From positions 1 through 64,000 of the forward strand of contig CDMY01000361.1 of assembly GCA_001179505.1 (NCBI GenBank): a stretch of 64,000 nt of DNA, given 5' to 3'. This document shows, piece after piece, positions 12,490 through 24,087 of the stretch. The notes beneath the pieces are model-generated. The model was not told where the DNA came from. It saw only the letters and a program-made list of their open reading frames with translations, and searched no databases. How positions within the stretch are numbered: position 1 is the first letter of the stretch; the number at the start of each line of letters is the position of its first letter. The translations under genes were made by a program, and so were the position numbers. This DNA comes from Vitrella brassicaformis CCMP3155. Its lineage: Eukaryota > Protista > Chromerida.

Positions 12490-12930
12490 ACTCAGCCCTT
12501 CGTTTGCATTCTTGATGGACTCCTCGTGCTGACGCGCTTGCCGTTAATCCCGTGCACACACTCAGCCCTTCGCGGTGGGTATTTTTACCTCAGCGGCTCA
12601 GCCCTTCCAGTGTAAAAATACCGGGCAGCACTAAAAACTGCACTGGATTTGAAATGGAATCGACCACTGTGTCTATGCCTGATGAGACAGTGGCTCAATT
12701 GGGCTCAATTCGAACGTCTGAGCTCGAGCCCGGCGACTCGGGCCTGCGCTAGGCTGCTTGAATCATGTCCGCAGACGCCTGTACTGGGCAAGGAGAGCGG
12801 GATTCGTGGACAAAGCCGCTGGTAAGGATAAGAAAGGCAGTAAAGGATAAGAAAGGCAGTAAGAAGCAGCTCAGACCAGCCCTTCGCGGTGCGTATTTTG
12901 ACCTCAGCCCTTCGCAGTAATTTTGACCAG
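12490..12930. repeat. repeat copy B (12646-12845) inside CAGCCCTTC-rich DNA with an 11-bp inverted repeat (MITE-like)
   Basis: CAGCCCTTC occurs five times. GGTATTTTTAC (12578-12588) and GTAAAAATACC (12612-12622) form a perfect inverted repeat. Confidence 0.8.
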
Positions 12931-13035
12931 TCTCAAACGGGACGCCTTCGGTTCCTGGTCGGTTTTTGCCATAACAAGTCTGCTCATCTACCATTCGTCC
13001 ACAAGCATGGAGGCGAGGGAAAGGCGTTTGGAAAG

Positions 13036-13107
13036 CTCCCATACCGAGGATTGAACTCGGGTCTTGCGGGTGAAAGCCGCATATCCTGACCACTAGACTA
13101 TATGGGA
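13036..13107 (-). tRNA. trnE-UUC: tRNA-Glu, anticodon UUC
   Basis: Reverse complement is TCCCATATAGTCTAGTGGTCAGGATATGCGGCTTTCACCCGCAAGACCCGAGTTCAATCCTCGGTATGGGAG: 7-bp acceptor stem, D arm, TGCGG-CTTTCAC-CCGCA anticodon arm and GTTCAA T-loop. Confidence 0.97.
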
Positions 13108-13211
13108 ATTTCTCCCCGTCTGACGACACCGAAGATGACATGAAACCATCCTTTCCATTCGCTGTTGCTCGGCACCATTCTGGGATTCTTGTCCTCTTAC
13201 ACACCAGCACG

Positions 13212-16200
13212 ATGGACGAGTCGGCTGATGCTGACGTTCCCCCCCAGCAGGACATGGATGCGGATGTGGGCACCGGTGAGGAGAATCTGATGGATGTCGA
13301 GGGCGGCGGCCACGAGCAGATTGACACCGAGCAGCCAATCCATGACGCGGACATTGAGCTGCAAGACCAGGACGAGGAGCCTGCAGCTGCGGAAGGCGAG
13401 GAGCCAGACGAGCACCTGGGAGAGGCATACAGCAGCCAGCTGCCGGATCAGAGCGATACTATGGCTGGCGACGCTCGCGGAGCGCCGGGCGGTCTGCTGT
13501 ATCAAGATGAGTACGAGGCGGCTGCGCCAGTGGATCACCCGAGCGGCGGGGTCGTGGACGAGGCTGTCCAGGATGAGCAGGTGGAGGATGTGGGCGAGGA
13601 GGAGCACCAGCTTCCGCCTCAGCCTGAGGATGTTGGTGGCGAGAGGGAGGGCTATGAGGGCCAGCCGCCAGACACCCACGAGGACAACGAGGAAGAGGAG
13701 CTGGATGAGGATGAGAGCATCGAGGAAGAGGAGGAGGAGATTTCTCCCATGGACCAAGCTGCGATGCCTCCCCACCAGCCCTTCCCCGGCCTCTTCCCTC
13801 CCCCACCCGGCCGCAGACTCTTCGGCGACACCGCCAGTGGCCTCACTGAGGACGACATCGTGCGCCAGTTCCTCACGCGAGACAACTTCGACGCATTCCA
13901 CGGACGGGAGCTCGACGACATGATCTACTCCGACGCACTCGAGGACTTCGAGAGGGCGCTCGCTCTGCCCTACTACCAGAACGGTAATGCAAGCAGAAAA
14001 AACACCCCACACGGCTCACATGAACACGGGTCTTCTTCTCTGCATGGTCTGTTTGTTTGCAGGTATGGGCATTGCGGGTGGCGGTGGGAACCGCGCTGAG
14101 CTGCCGCCGGCCAAGCTGTGTTTGTTACACGCCAAGCCCAAGTTCCTACGGGCCCTCATGCGCACAGCAGTAGACGTCGTCCGTGCGGCCCAGGCCGGTG
14201 GCAGCGGCGGTGAGGGCGACAGCGACGCCCCAGCGGGGCTGGACGAGGACATTCTGAGTCTGGAGGGGGGCTACAACAACATCCCCACCATCACACTGCC
14301 TCTGGCAATGGCTGGTGCGTCGTTAGGGGAGGGAGGGAGGGAGGGAGGCGGGGAGGCAGTGAATGACAAGACGCGGGTATTTGACATGGATGGGCTGGGT
14401 GCACGTGTATGTGTATGTACCCGTCAGGTTTCGAGGAGTACCGCGGCGATGTGTTGGAGTGCCTCAAGTTGTTGGTTAGTTTCGACCACCCCAGCCCCTC
14501 GTGTCACGCCCGTGACTTTCTGGGATGCACCGTCCTGCACCGCGCTGCCCAGATGGGCGCCGCAGACATCGTTCAGTTCCTCATCGAACACGTAGACCCC
14601 ACGATACCGGTATGCGCACATGAAAGACATGCATCGAACCCGTTTGCTGCATCCATGTTGCCGTGTGTGTCAGGACCACCACGGCAACCTGGCGCTCGAC
14701 TACGCCATCGACTCGCGGACACCCGGTGCATGGATGTGCGTCAAGGCGCTTGTGACGGGGGGAGGCATCCAAGTCACCAAGGCCCACATACTTAGAGCCA
14801 TCGAAAGGTGAGATAAAGACGATACGATGCATTCATGAGGCACATGGGCACGTGAATGTACCATGGATGCTTACTGACTGACTCACTCACTCACTCACTG
14901 CTTGGCTATCCCGTTTGTGGTCCACAGGGGTGCGTGGCGTTGTCTGATGGCCTTGTTGATGCTCTTCGCCCCGCGCGAGCAGGAGATGGAGGATGTGAGA
15001 AGCACATGACGCAGGAACCATGTGCATGCGGGTAATTTGATCTGGCGCCCCCTCATTGCCATGTATGTATGCGTTCAGCAAGTCATGGATGAGTTTCGCG
15101 AGGCGGCTCTGCACTGTGGTCACCGAGATGAGTTCGACTACGTCATTGACGTCCTGCAAGAGCGGGCAGCTGAACCTGGTCAGTCAGCTGGGAAAGGAGC
15201 CTACAACGGTCTGTCTGTCTGTCTGCTGTCCCGCAGGTGTGTCGATCGAGTCCCAGGTGTGCCAATTGCGGCAGGACGGCCCTCTGCTCCTGGGAGAGGG
15301 CAACTCAGAGTCGGGCATGCCCACCAAACTCCGCACTGCAATCATCACACACCCCGAGTGCCCGTAAGCTCCCCGGAAACATTGCACACGTGCATGGTGC
15401 GGCTGTATCGACTGTCGATCTGGGTATGTGCATGCGTGTGCAGCAAGCATCTGCAGCTGCCCGAGCCCTCAGACGACCCCAATACGCGGTTTCAGCGAAT
15501 CCATGACACGCCAGAAAATGCCACGCGGATGGAGGTCAGCATACACAACATAGACGGACGGACGGACGGACAGACAGGCAGAGAATCAATGGCAAATGAA
15601 TGCGTATTGCATTTGCTCGATGAATGCCTTCAGGTGTTGGTGAAGGAGCAGCTCGGTGTGTTGCGTACGGCCGACTTCCAGAGCACCGTGTTCATCGGTG
15701 ACCCGCCCCCCGTCCGTCTGGCAGACATCCTGCGCGTCCACGAACTCAAATACGTCGACAGCCTCAAAAAGGCGTAAGCAAACAACAGCGAGAAGGCATG
15801 AAATGAACCAGCTGTGGACATATGCACCTATGTATTCTCTTTCTTGATGCGTCAGCACCCAGCAGATTCGTGACAACCCGCGCGCTCGGGCAGGTGAGAT
15901 ACCAGACTGCACACCAACAGCCTTGGCAACATACACGTTTTCCCTGTGTGATACATGGTTCATGTAGATTTCGACGGCGACACTCCGCTAAGCTCCCACT
16001 CGCTCAATGCGGCCATGTGTGCTGCGGGTGCGGTCATTGAGGCGGTAAGTTGTTGCAGAACGCTACTAGAAACTTCTCTCAAAAGGCCACAGCTTAGCTG
16101 AGCCATCTGCCTTAAAATACAGGTGGACCAGATCATGGACCCAAAAACCAACATCAGAAATGCCTTCTGCGCAAGTACCTGCAAACAGACATGTGATCCA

Positions 16201-18877
16201 TGCACGTATTCGTGCATCTTTGTTTCTCCTTGGTGTGTGCAGTCCGTCCACCCGGTCACCATTTGGGTCCAGCTGGGGCCAATGTGGAGGACACCCAAGA
16301 CGAAGACCTCACGTACATATGCATACCGACCACATACACTCATAGACAATGGGCAGAGGGATGAGTGTTTGTGCCTGCATGAGTGTCTGCAGTGTGGGAA
16401 GCCAGGGCTTCTGTTTGCTCAATAATGTGGCTATCGGGGCCGCATATGCTCGCGCATTCCACTGGAGGCGAGGTGCGTCATCTGATGTTGCTTTCCGATC
16501 ACCTGTATGTATGTGAATGAGTGTACGTGTAGGTGTGGAGCGGATCGCTATTGTGGATTTCGACGTCCACCATGGCAACGGCACTGAGGTCATCGTGCGA
16601 AACGTCCGAAGACGCGTTAGGCAGCACAAGGTGACCTCAACTCATCGCTCGTTCACCAATACGAATGACTGGCCCCCACTCTCTCTGTCTCTGTCTTTCC
16701 GTTGTTGTGATGGCTGTGCACAGGTGTCGTTCCCAGTTCGTTCAGGCCGATTCGTGCGGGCGCAGGGCCTGATGTTGACGGAGGACGCCTTCCAGGTGTG
16801 GCTCGACGAGACGGATCCATACAACATATTCTTCGCATCCATACATGGTTACCACACCACACAAGCAAGCCCAACATGACCATCTGGTCTTTCTCCACTG
16901 CATTTTGCTCTCTTTCCAGTGTACGATCCGTTGATGAGTTTCTACCCCGGGACTGGCGGCCCCACCCACGACCTCCCCGACGCGCAGGGCGGCAGCGAGA
17001 GCGTCGACTCGCCCCCCTTTGGCCCCTCCCCTACCGTCATCAATGTACCCCTCCGCCCCCTCATGCACTGCACCAACATCAACGAGCAGCAGAGGCGGCC
17101 CGAGACGCGCAGGCTGGCCGGCCTCGAGGAGATGGATGCACCACAGCAGCATGAGGGGGCAGGGGGCGATGCTGATGAAGGGGAGGACGAGAATGGTGGC
17201 GAAGGGGCGATGGCGCGGCGCTGGCTGGAGGAGCGGACCAAGCATGCCTTTAGGGAGAAGGTGTATGGCTTCAGGCTCCACTTTGAGACCAAAGTGCTGC
17301 AGCCACTCAGGGAATTCAAACCACGTAAGAAAGAAAGAAAGAAAGAAAGAAAGACAGACAGACAGCGATGAAAGTATGTCCCTCATTCTTCCTCTTTTAC
17401 CCCTCTGTGTGGGGTGTAGACATGATCTTCATCTCGGCGGGGTTTGATGGTCACAAGAGCGATGACCTGGGCGGCGGCGGGCGGTCCATCCTATCTGAGT
17501 GGGACTATGAGTGGGCCACTCAGAAGCTCATGACCATCGCAAATGAGCATGGAAACGCCAGAGTTGGTAGGCCGCAACGAATGACCAGCACAAACACAAG
17601 ACCCACACTGGCCGATGAATGATGTATTTGTGTATCTGTATCGATCCATCAGTGTCGGTACTGGAGGGTGGGTACAACACCCGTGGTAACGCGTTGTCCC
17701 CTCTGGCACAGAGCGTGGCGGCTCACGTCAAGGCCCTTATGTACACCCCCACTCGACGTGGCTACTCCCATGAGGTCGAGCCGGACAAGGCAGAGCAGGC
17801 TCTCAAACAGCACCAGCAACTCGTCATCTCATGCTCAAGACCCACGTAAGTCCCTGCCCAGACACCTACTTGCCAGCCAATCACTGCTGTTCACTCAATC
17901 GTTTGTTCTTTCGTCAGTGACACGCCGTTCCAGTACCCTGCTCGTGTGCCGAAGCGTCCCCGTGCCGAGGAGATGTCCCCGAGGGAGACCTACCCCCCGC
18001 CGCCCGACGAGAAGGCACTCACGGGCGAGTGGGCCCTGGAGCAGCTGCGGGAGGTGCTGGGGGGGCCCGATGGACGACTCCCATCCATGCCGTTCGGCGA
18101 CATGCAACCAGAGGCACAACCACCCGCGTAAGCAACCGTATAAGTGAATGAGGATCCACCACACCAGACGCAATGCAGCCATGTGTGGTGGTTGGATTCC
18201 CGTCTCCCGTTTTTGTCAGGTCCAAGCGTCCCCGTCGCAGGTCTGCGGCGGCGTGTGAGGCCTACATCGCTAAGCAGGAGCACCTGAAGCGTGAGAGGGA
18301 CGCCATGGAGCAGCAACGGCCACCATCAGCGGAGCCCCCGAGAAGCGAGCCGCTAGGTGATGACTTCCCACAGGCCAACGGGTTGGAAGCCTACTACGGG
18401 ACGGGTGCAACACTAGCAGGTGCTGAGCAGAACGGCGCGGAGGACGAGATGGCTCAGTTGCATGAGGAAGGTGGAGGAGGTGAGTACGACGAGGGCGGGG
18501 CCATGGCTGGGGGGATGGTCATGGGTATGGGGGCTGGTGACGACGGTGGTGAGGCGGATGAGGAGGACCAGGACATCGGTGAAGGCGCTGCCGGGGAAGA
18601 GGCACCCGACGAGCAGGAGGAGCAGATCGATCAGACGGGAGACAACAACGAGCAGGAGCAGTACCAGGAGGAGCACGAGTACGACGAGGAGGAAGAGACT
18701 GACGTGGTGGTCAAGGACGACCACGACGCCATCGACCAGCCACTCGTCCCGCCGTCGCCCTTCCCATCGCCCTTCGTCTCACCCAGTGCCGCCCATCACC
18801 CCACCGATGCGGCAGCTGCGGCTGCTGCGGCCGAGGGGCTGAGGGATGCAGATAACCGGCAAAATGGGCACCTTTGA
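13212..18877 (+). CDS. ankyrin-repeat class II histone deacetylase with acidic N- and C-terminal tails
   Basis: Ankyrin repeats GCTVLHRAAQMGAADIVQFLI and GNLALDYAI. HDAC motifs VRPPGHH, GFCLLNNVA, IVDFDVHHGNGT, FYPGTG, ISAGFDGH and VLEGGYN, with catalytic and metal residues present. Confidence 0.92.
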
Positions 18878-20014
18878 CGTCAGGCAATTGAAGCGGCTTG
18901 TGACAGGCAGGCAGGCAGCTGGAGATTGCGGTGCGCTGCAGCACATGTGCCTGTCCGTCCGGTGTATATGATGGGCCTTGTGCCATCCGTCGCATGTCAA
19001 ATTTTGCCTTGTTGTCTTTCTGCTTCTGAGGTTTAAGAATGGCAGCCGAACAGACAGATGAATGAGGACCAGGTACGTACGCGAACACATACATGCAATA
19101 CATACATGCGCATATACACATCCCTACTTATTCGGCCAGCGAAGAGGACGACAGACAGACAGACGGACGGACGGACGGATGGATAGACAGAGGCAGAATG
19201 GGACAGGCCAGCCGTCCGCCAGCCAGTCAGTCAGAGTACGCCACACGCTTCTGACCGTTGCGCTGTCAACGCGCCTGAGTTTCTTTGTTCTCGTATGCAT
19301 CGATCGACACATCCGCCGGATACGCAAGTATTTTTGGTGTCGATGGGTGATAGACGAGGTCCCTTCCTCAACTTGACATCAATGATGCGCGCGGCCCGGC
19401 GCGCATAGAGGGAGGGCAAGTGTCTTTGGACATCAATATACGTGAATACTGCGCGACTGTGTATGCATGTTGGATACTTGCATGGTGCGTGAATGTCATG
19501 TATGCATTGCGCCGCAGACAAGCAGAAAAAGCCGAGTTGAATGCATTCACAGAGGTGTTCTTCATTGTCTTCCGGTCACTTTCTTGAATGGTCGGCGCGG
19601 ATGGCTGACTTGAGTCTCTTTGTGAGGCGACTGGTTTATGCGATTGACAGTAAAGTAGATGCTGAACGGGCGACGAAGTTCAGTTCAGTTCGTATCGGGC
19701 AAGCAAAGGGCAACAAAACATGCAAAGACAACCCTCATCGACTACGAACGAATACATGCCTCATACTGCAAACAAGCGTAAGACATGCGACACCATCAGA
19801 TCTAGCCAGCCACCTCACTTTCTTTCTCTGTTTCACCAGTGACGCAAAAAAGTAACACGATCGTGTGCACTTCTCTTCGAAGGTGGCTGACAAACCAACC
19901 CAGCAGCAACATCTGGGTAATACAAGCTCCTGATATTAGCTCTTCATGTCTCCATGTACATCGCGCTCGCTGAGCAATTGCCGCAGCTCGCTGATGATTG
20001 AAGACTTGTCACCA

Positions 20015-22408
20015 TTAGTCACTTATGGCACTTGGCGGCTTTTTTGACTTGCTTCGCTTCGTGTCACCGCAGTCGCGCGACAGGGTAGACAGAGAACGAG
20101 AGAGACATTGGCAAAGACGCTTCTCTGTCTTTGCACGGCTTGTGTCCCGCCGAATAAGCCTGCCAGTCGGTGAGGGACCACCCATGGCAGTGGCGGCTTG
20201 AACAAGTGGACACTCATTGGGCATCGTCTTCTGTTTGCTCATCATGACCAAAAATGCATTCTTGGCAGATCAGACTTCCTAACCGCATATCTTCATCGTT
20301 AACAGCGTCTGCAAGGAAATGAGAGAGATGCGCTTAAAATTTCGGTCCTCACCCTTCATGTCGACGTCCATCGAGGGTAGTCCTCCTTTGAATTGACAAT
20401 GACCAGTGCACGTGTGCGCCTCGTCCCACTCGTCACCGAGATTGCATGCTATACACGCATCGGCCTCTTCGGTGACACTGTCCATCTAGCTCTTCAACCT
20501 CGGGAGGTCGAAAACGTCCCCTTGATCATCGTGATCGACCATGTCATCATCGTCGCGTTGGTGCTCGTCATCCTCGTCTTCCTCATCGCTCTCTTCGTCT
20601 CCATCGAGATCATCGCCAATCAATGAGTGACACAAACAGGTGAGTGTTTAAATGTCCTCGTGCCTCTCGATCATCCTGACACTACAGCGGCCAAGGGGCA
20701 GAGGTGCCATGCATGTCTCCCCATGGGGACATCTGTGTCCCGGCATATTAGATCTCAGGATAACGGTGCTGCAGATGTTAGACAAATCAAGACATTGGGT
20801 CCCTAAGGAAAAAACGCTGTTCTCACTCGAACAGCCGAGGATCTTCCAGGTCCTTCCCTTCCATTCCGGTACTTTCAGTTTCAGATCGGAATTCATATTT
20901 CCATAATAGAGCAGAAGGGAATATCTTTATAGCCGCCTCGTCGTAGGAGGATATTCGGCCACGCCTCAGCTTGCCCGCAGAGCATCGAGTAGGTGCGTTC
21001 GACATTCTCTTTGATTTTTGGTATGAATCACCAATCTCATTTCGGCATAGGTAATCTGGGTGCCAAGTGTCTTTGCATGATCCTCTATGGTCAAAGCTGC
21101 GTCAATCATGCCGTCTTGAGGGCTGAGGCGGGGTGATAATGCAACTCGTAGAGTGTGTAAGGTGTGTACCCGGGGTTTTGTCCGTGGCGCAGATGACGCT
21201 ATGAAATAACGCTTACTCGATGCTGATTCACCAATCGATAAGAGACACAATTAAGAATGAATGACGACAAGCACACGAGTCAAGCCGACCTGATGTCACG
21301 ACGAGTCGAAAGAGGCAACGAGTCACAACGGCGCCTCAGCCAGGGAATCTTCTCATACAGTAAGGGATCCGCTCCCCAGCCGAAGCACTCAGCGCTTCGT
21401 TCTTCCATTTGAGAAAAGGATTCATCGCTCTGGATTTCCCTTTCAGAACCGTGAGAAGACGGAGCCTACACTTTGTCCATCAATCTCAATACAGACGCTC
21501 GGGAGGGAGAGACGGGCGTGAGAGACCTCCCTCCCTTTTCCAGCTAAGAATCACTCATTGCGAAACAGTCTTGATTGATTCCATGGCCTCACTTCAGGCC
21601 TCCTGCAACAAGTGGTGACTCCGAAGTCTCTCGGCCTTGCCGGTTTGACCAATCTTGAGCGTGATGAATCGGAAAGCCTGATGTCCTTCAACGCAGACTT
21701 TCCAGCCGGGTGGGTCGCCATCAGGTGGTCTCTATGATACTCGCAGACTTTCTCTTTCATTTCCCCCGGCGCTTAAATGTCAGCTGAGGCCACTAAGGAC
21801 AGTGTCTCCCCCTTGGGCACAGAATGTAGGGACTTGTATCCAACGGCGTCGCCCACTGGCATAACGGGCATTGAAGGTGAACTGGTTACATAAAGGAGGT
21901 AACAAGGCCGACCGAGAGCGTGAAAGGACGAGGAAGAGGAGCATGGTAGACGCGGTTTTGAAGTAACGCGAAAGAACGTTACCCGGGCACTCCAAGAAAG
22001 TTCCTCTTTTTCTCCAATGTGTAAGGGAAAGAATCGGTCCTTCTCATTTAAAATCCCGCATTCGCGCAGCCGCGCCTGTTAAGTGGAGCGGCCGAGACAC
22101 GACTCTTCGATCGAGCGATCGAGCCTCTCAAAGTTGCATGCGGCTCGAGAAGATTGCTATGGCCAGCGGCTTTTCATTGTAGAAAATGCATGGATGTAGA
22201 AAATGCGGCACAGATTGTCGACACACAATTGGAATGCAAAGCGGTGCATCAGATAAGTGAATCTCCTCGCGAGAGTTTGAAAGAAAGAGTCGGACTGGAG
22301 AAAGCTTAAAGTGACAGAGCCACTTCCAGGGGAGATCAAACGGAAAAGGAATGTACCCGGGAGCGGAACCTTGGCGCGGATCGATTCTTGGTCAGTATAT
22401 GTCAACAT
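20015..22408 (-). pseudogene. long intronless decayed ORF of unknown family
   Basis: ORF fragments starting at 22408, 21760, 21250, 20896, 20485 and 20251 share one frame and are mostly separated by isolated stops. It includes an acidic tract (DDLDGDEESDEEDEDDE). There is a probable local frameshift near 21.3-21.4 kb. Confidence 0.5.
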
Positions 22409-22485
22409 TGGTGCCAGGGGCGCGCACTAAGAAAGACAAGCCACTTACAAACATCACAGCGCTACATTTCATGTCAATAACCTGT

Positions 22486-23568
22486 TTACTTCCATGAAAG
22501 GGAGACAGCAGCCAGGAAGGGAAGTAGTGGACTGTTTTTTCGAACACATCCAATGTTGGACCAGAATTCAATTTCGAGTTTCTCGTTCCAGCACTTTGTG
22601 AGTTGTACGGTTGCTCCATCACGCCCCAAGATGTAACAGGCGAAGCCGTATTTGTCCAGTTTTTGGACAACATCGCGGAGAAAGCGTCTCTCCGGGCCTC
22701 CTCGACTCCAATAGGCAATGCTGTGATATTCAAACTCGATGGCATCAATTTGTCCTTCCTGCAAGAGACGTTCGGCGCCCTCAAGTACGAGCGCATCATA
22801 ACCTTCAGTATCGATCTTCAGGTAATCGATGTGAGAGATTCCTTCCAATCTGACATATGCATCGAGAGTCCCCACTTTTACGTCTATAGTATTGCCGTGA
22901 TTGCCTATTTGGAGAGAACCTGTTTCATCCCCAAAATCTGTTTTTCGGAACTTGGCAATTTGCGACTGATTCGACATGGCCATCTCGCGTATGATTAAGT
23001 ACTTGGACACCTCAGAGCCTATCGCCATGTTGTACATTTCTCGCAGCATCCTGACATTCACTGGATTGGGCTCAATTGCATGCATCAATAATGGACGTTT
23101 TGTTCTTTCTAATCTCTGAAGTCGCGGTCCTGTTTTGCAATCATCACACGCTCCACAAAGATGGTGTGCGCGACCCAATAGACCCTTAGCTGCCAGGTTG
23201 TCGAAGTGTTTCTTCAGGCTTGCAGGAGAAATGCCCAACTCAGGGTGGAAAAGCTCGAGCCATTCTGATGCAACGTATCCTTTGTTCGCTCCGATGTTCA
23301 CAACCACGAATGGAATCGCTGTTTCATGCCCGTACATCTGCTTTTCACTCTCCAACTGCCAGAGGTGTCCCGAGTTGTCGGTATGAGGACACGAGCTGTA
23401 GTAACGATTTTGCTTCATTTTTCTCTCCAATGCATCTGCTTGATGTGCGGCGACCTTCTCACTGCAGTTGCGAACTAGCCACTCGGCTCCGATTCGAAGA
23501 GGAGCGCCTCCGCATACCTTGCTGAAATTAAAACGAGAATCTGTTGTCTTGCTGCTAAGTGACCTACG
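22486..23568 (-). CDS. intronless FkbM-family methyltransferase (possible ATG at 23418; upstream frame broken by stops)
   Basis: VVVNIGANKGY, HAIEPNPVN, AMSNQS, VKVGTLDAY..IDYLKIDTEGYDALVLEGA..IEFEY. The frame is open for about 360 codons from 23568, with upstream in-frame stops at 23571 (TAA) and 23787 (TGA). Confidence 0.85.
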   Translation of the reverse strand, partial: RRSLSSKTTDSRFNFSKVCGGAPLRIGAEWLVRNCSEKVAAHQADALERKMKQNRYYSSCPHTDNSGHLWQLESEKQMYGHETAIPFVVVNIGANKGYVASEWLELFHPELGISPASLKKHFDNLAAKGLLGRAHHLCGACDDCKTGPRLQRLERTKRPLLMHAIEPNPVNVRMLREMYNMAIGSEVSKYLIIREMAMSNQSQIAKFRKTDFGDETGSLQIGNHGNTIDVKVGTLDAYVRLEGISHIDYLKIDTEGYDALVLEGAERLLQEGQIDAIEFEYHSIAYWSRGGPERRFLRDVVQKLDKYGFACYILGRDGATVQLTKCWNEKLEIEFWSNIGCVRKNSPLLPFLAAVSLSWK

Positions 23569-24087
23569 TTATGTTTCTAGCCCTTTGAGTCGCGACAGTA
23601 AGTTTTGGCTTCCCAGCAGAAGGGTCTCGGATGAAAAAGGGAAAATGAAGGAGAAGGAAGCTGCCGAGGAGAAGGAGGCTACCGAGGACAAAGAAGCTAC
23701 GCAAAACGTGTCGCATCCTGGCTTCCAGCCAATGTTTTCTCGCAGCCTGCGAACAAGGTTCAGATAGGTCAATGCCGACTGCGGTCAGGATGTCCCATTT
23801 CTCATTTGCACGAAGGTCAGACTCAGATCAGTTTTACGAAACTCAACAAACCCCTCCTCTGGAGTCCTCTCTTTCGTCTCGGTCTTGGTCTCCCACTTTT
23901 TTTCCGAAAAGAGATCTGCTTTATATCCCTTCCTCCTGGGCCGCCGGAGCGAGCTAGGCACACTGACAGCCGCGCACGAATCCATTGCTCCACTCGGCCA
24001 GTGCCGTGCTTGTCTTACCCGCCCCTCTGGTTGATGAGCTCGGCCAAGCAACGAATGAAGCGGTTGGCCGCTCTCCCTTAGACGCCG

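Noticed and set aside
13197-18842. Long antisense and alternative-frame ORFs over HDAC, TAF1, WDTC1 and similar genes
   Set aside because: These are expected shadows of GC-rich, low-complexity acidic coding sequence.
19860-19920. VGLSAT as a helicase motif III
   Set aside because: An isolated six-residue match with no other helicase motifs nearby.
22300-22400. SH2-like string PGTFLFRLISPGSGSVTLSF
   Set aside because: Only a short match, without the upstream Trp/Arg elements or a downstream fold pattern; it could be chance within a decayed ORF.
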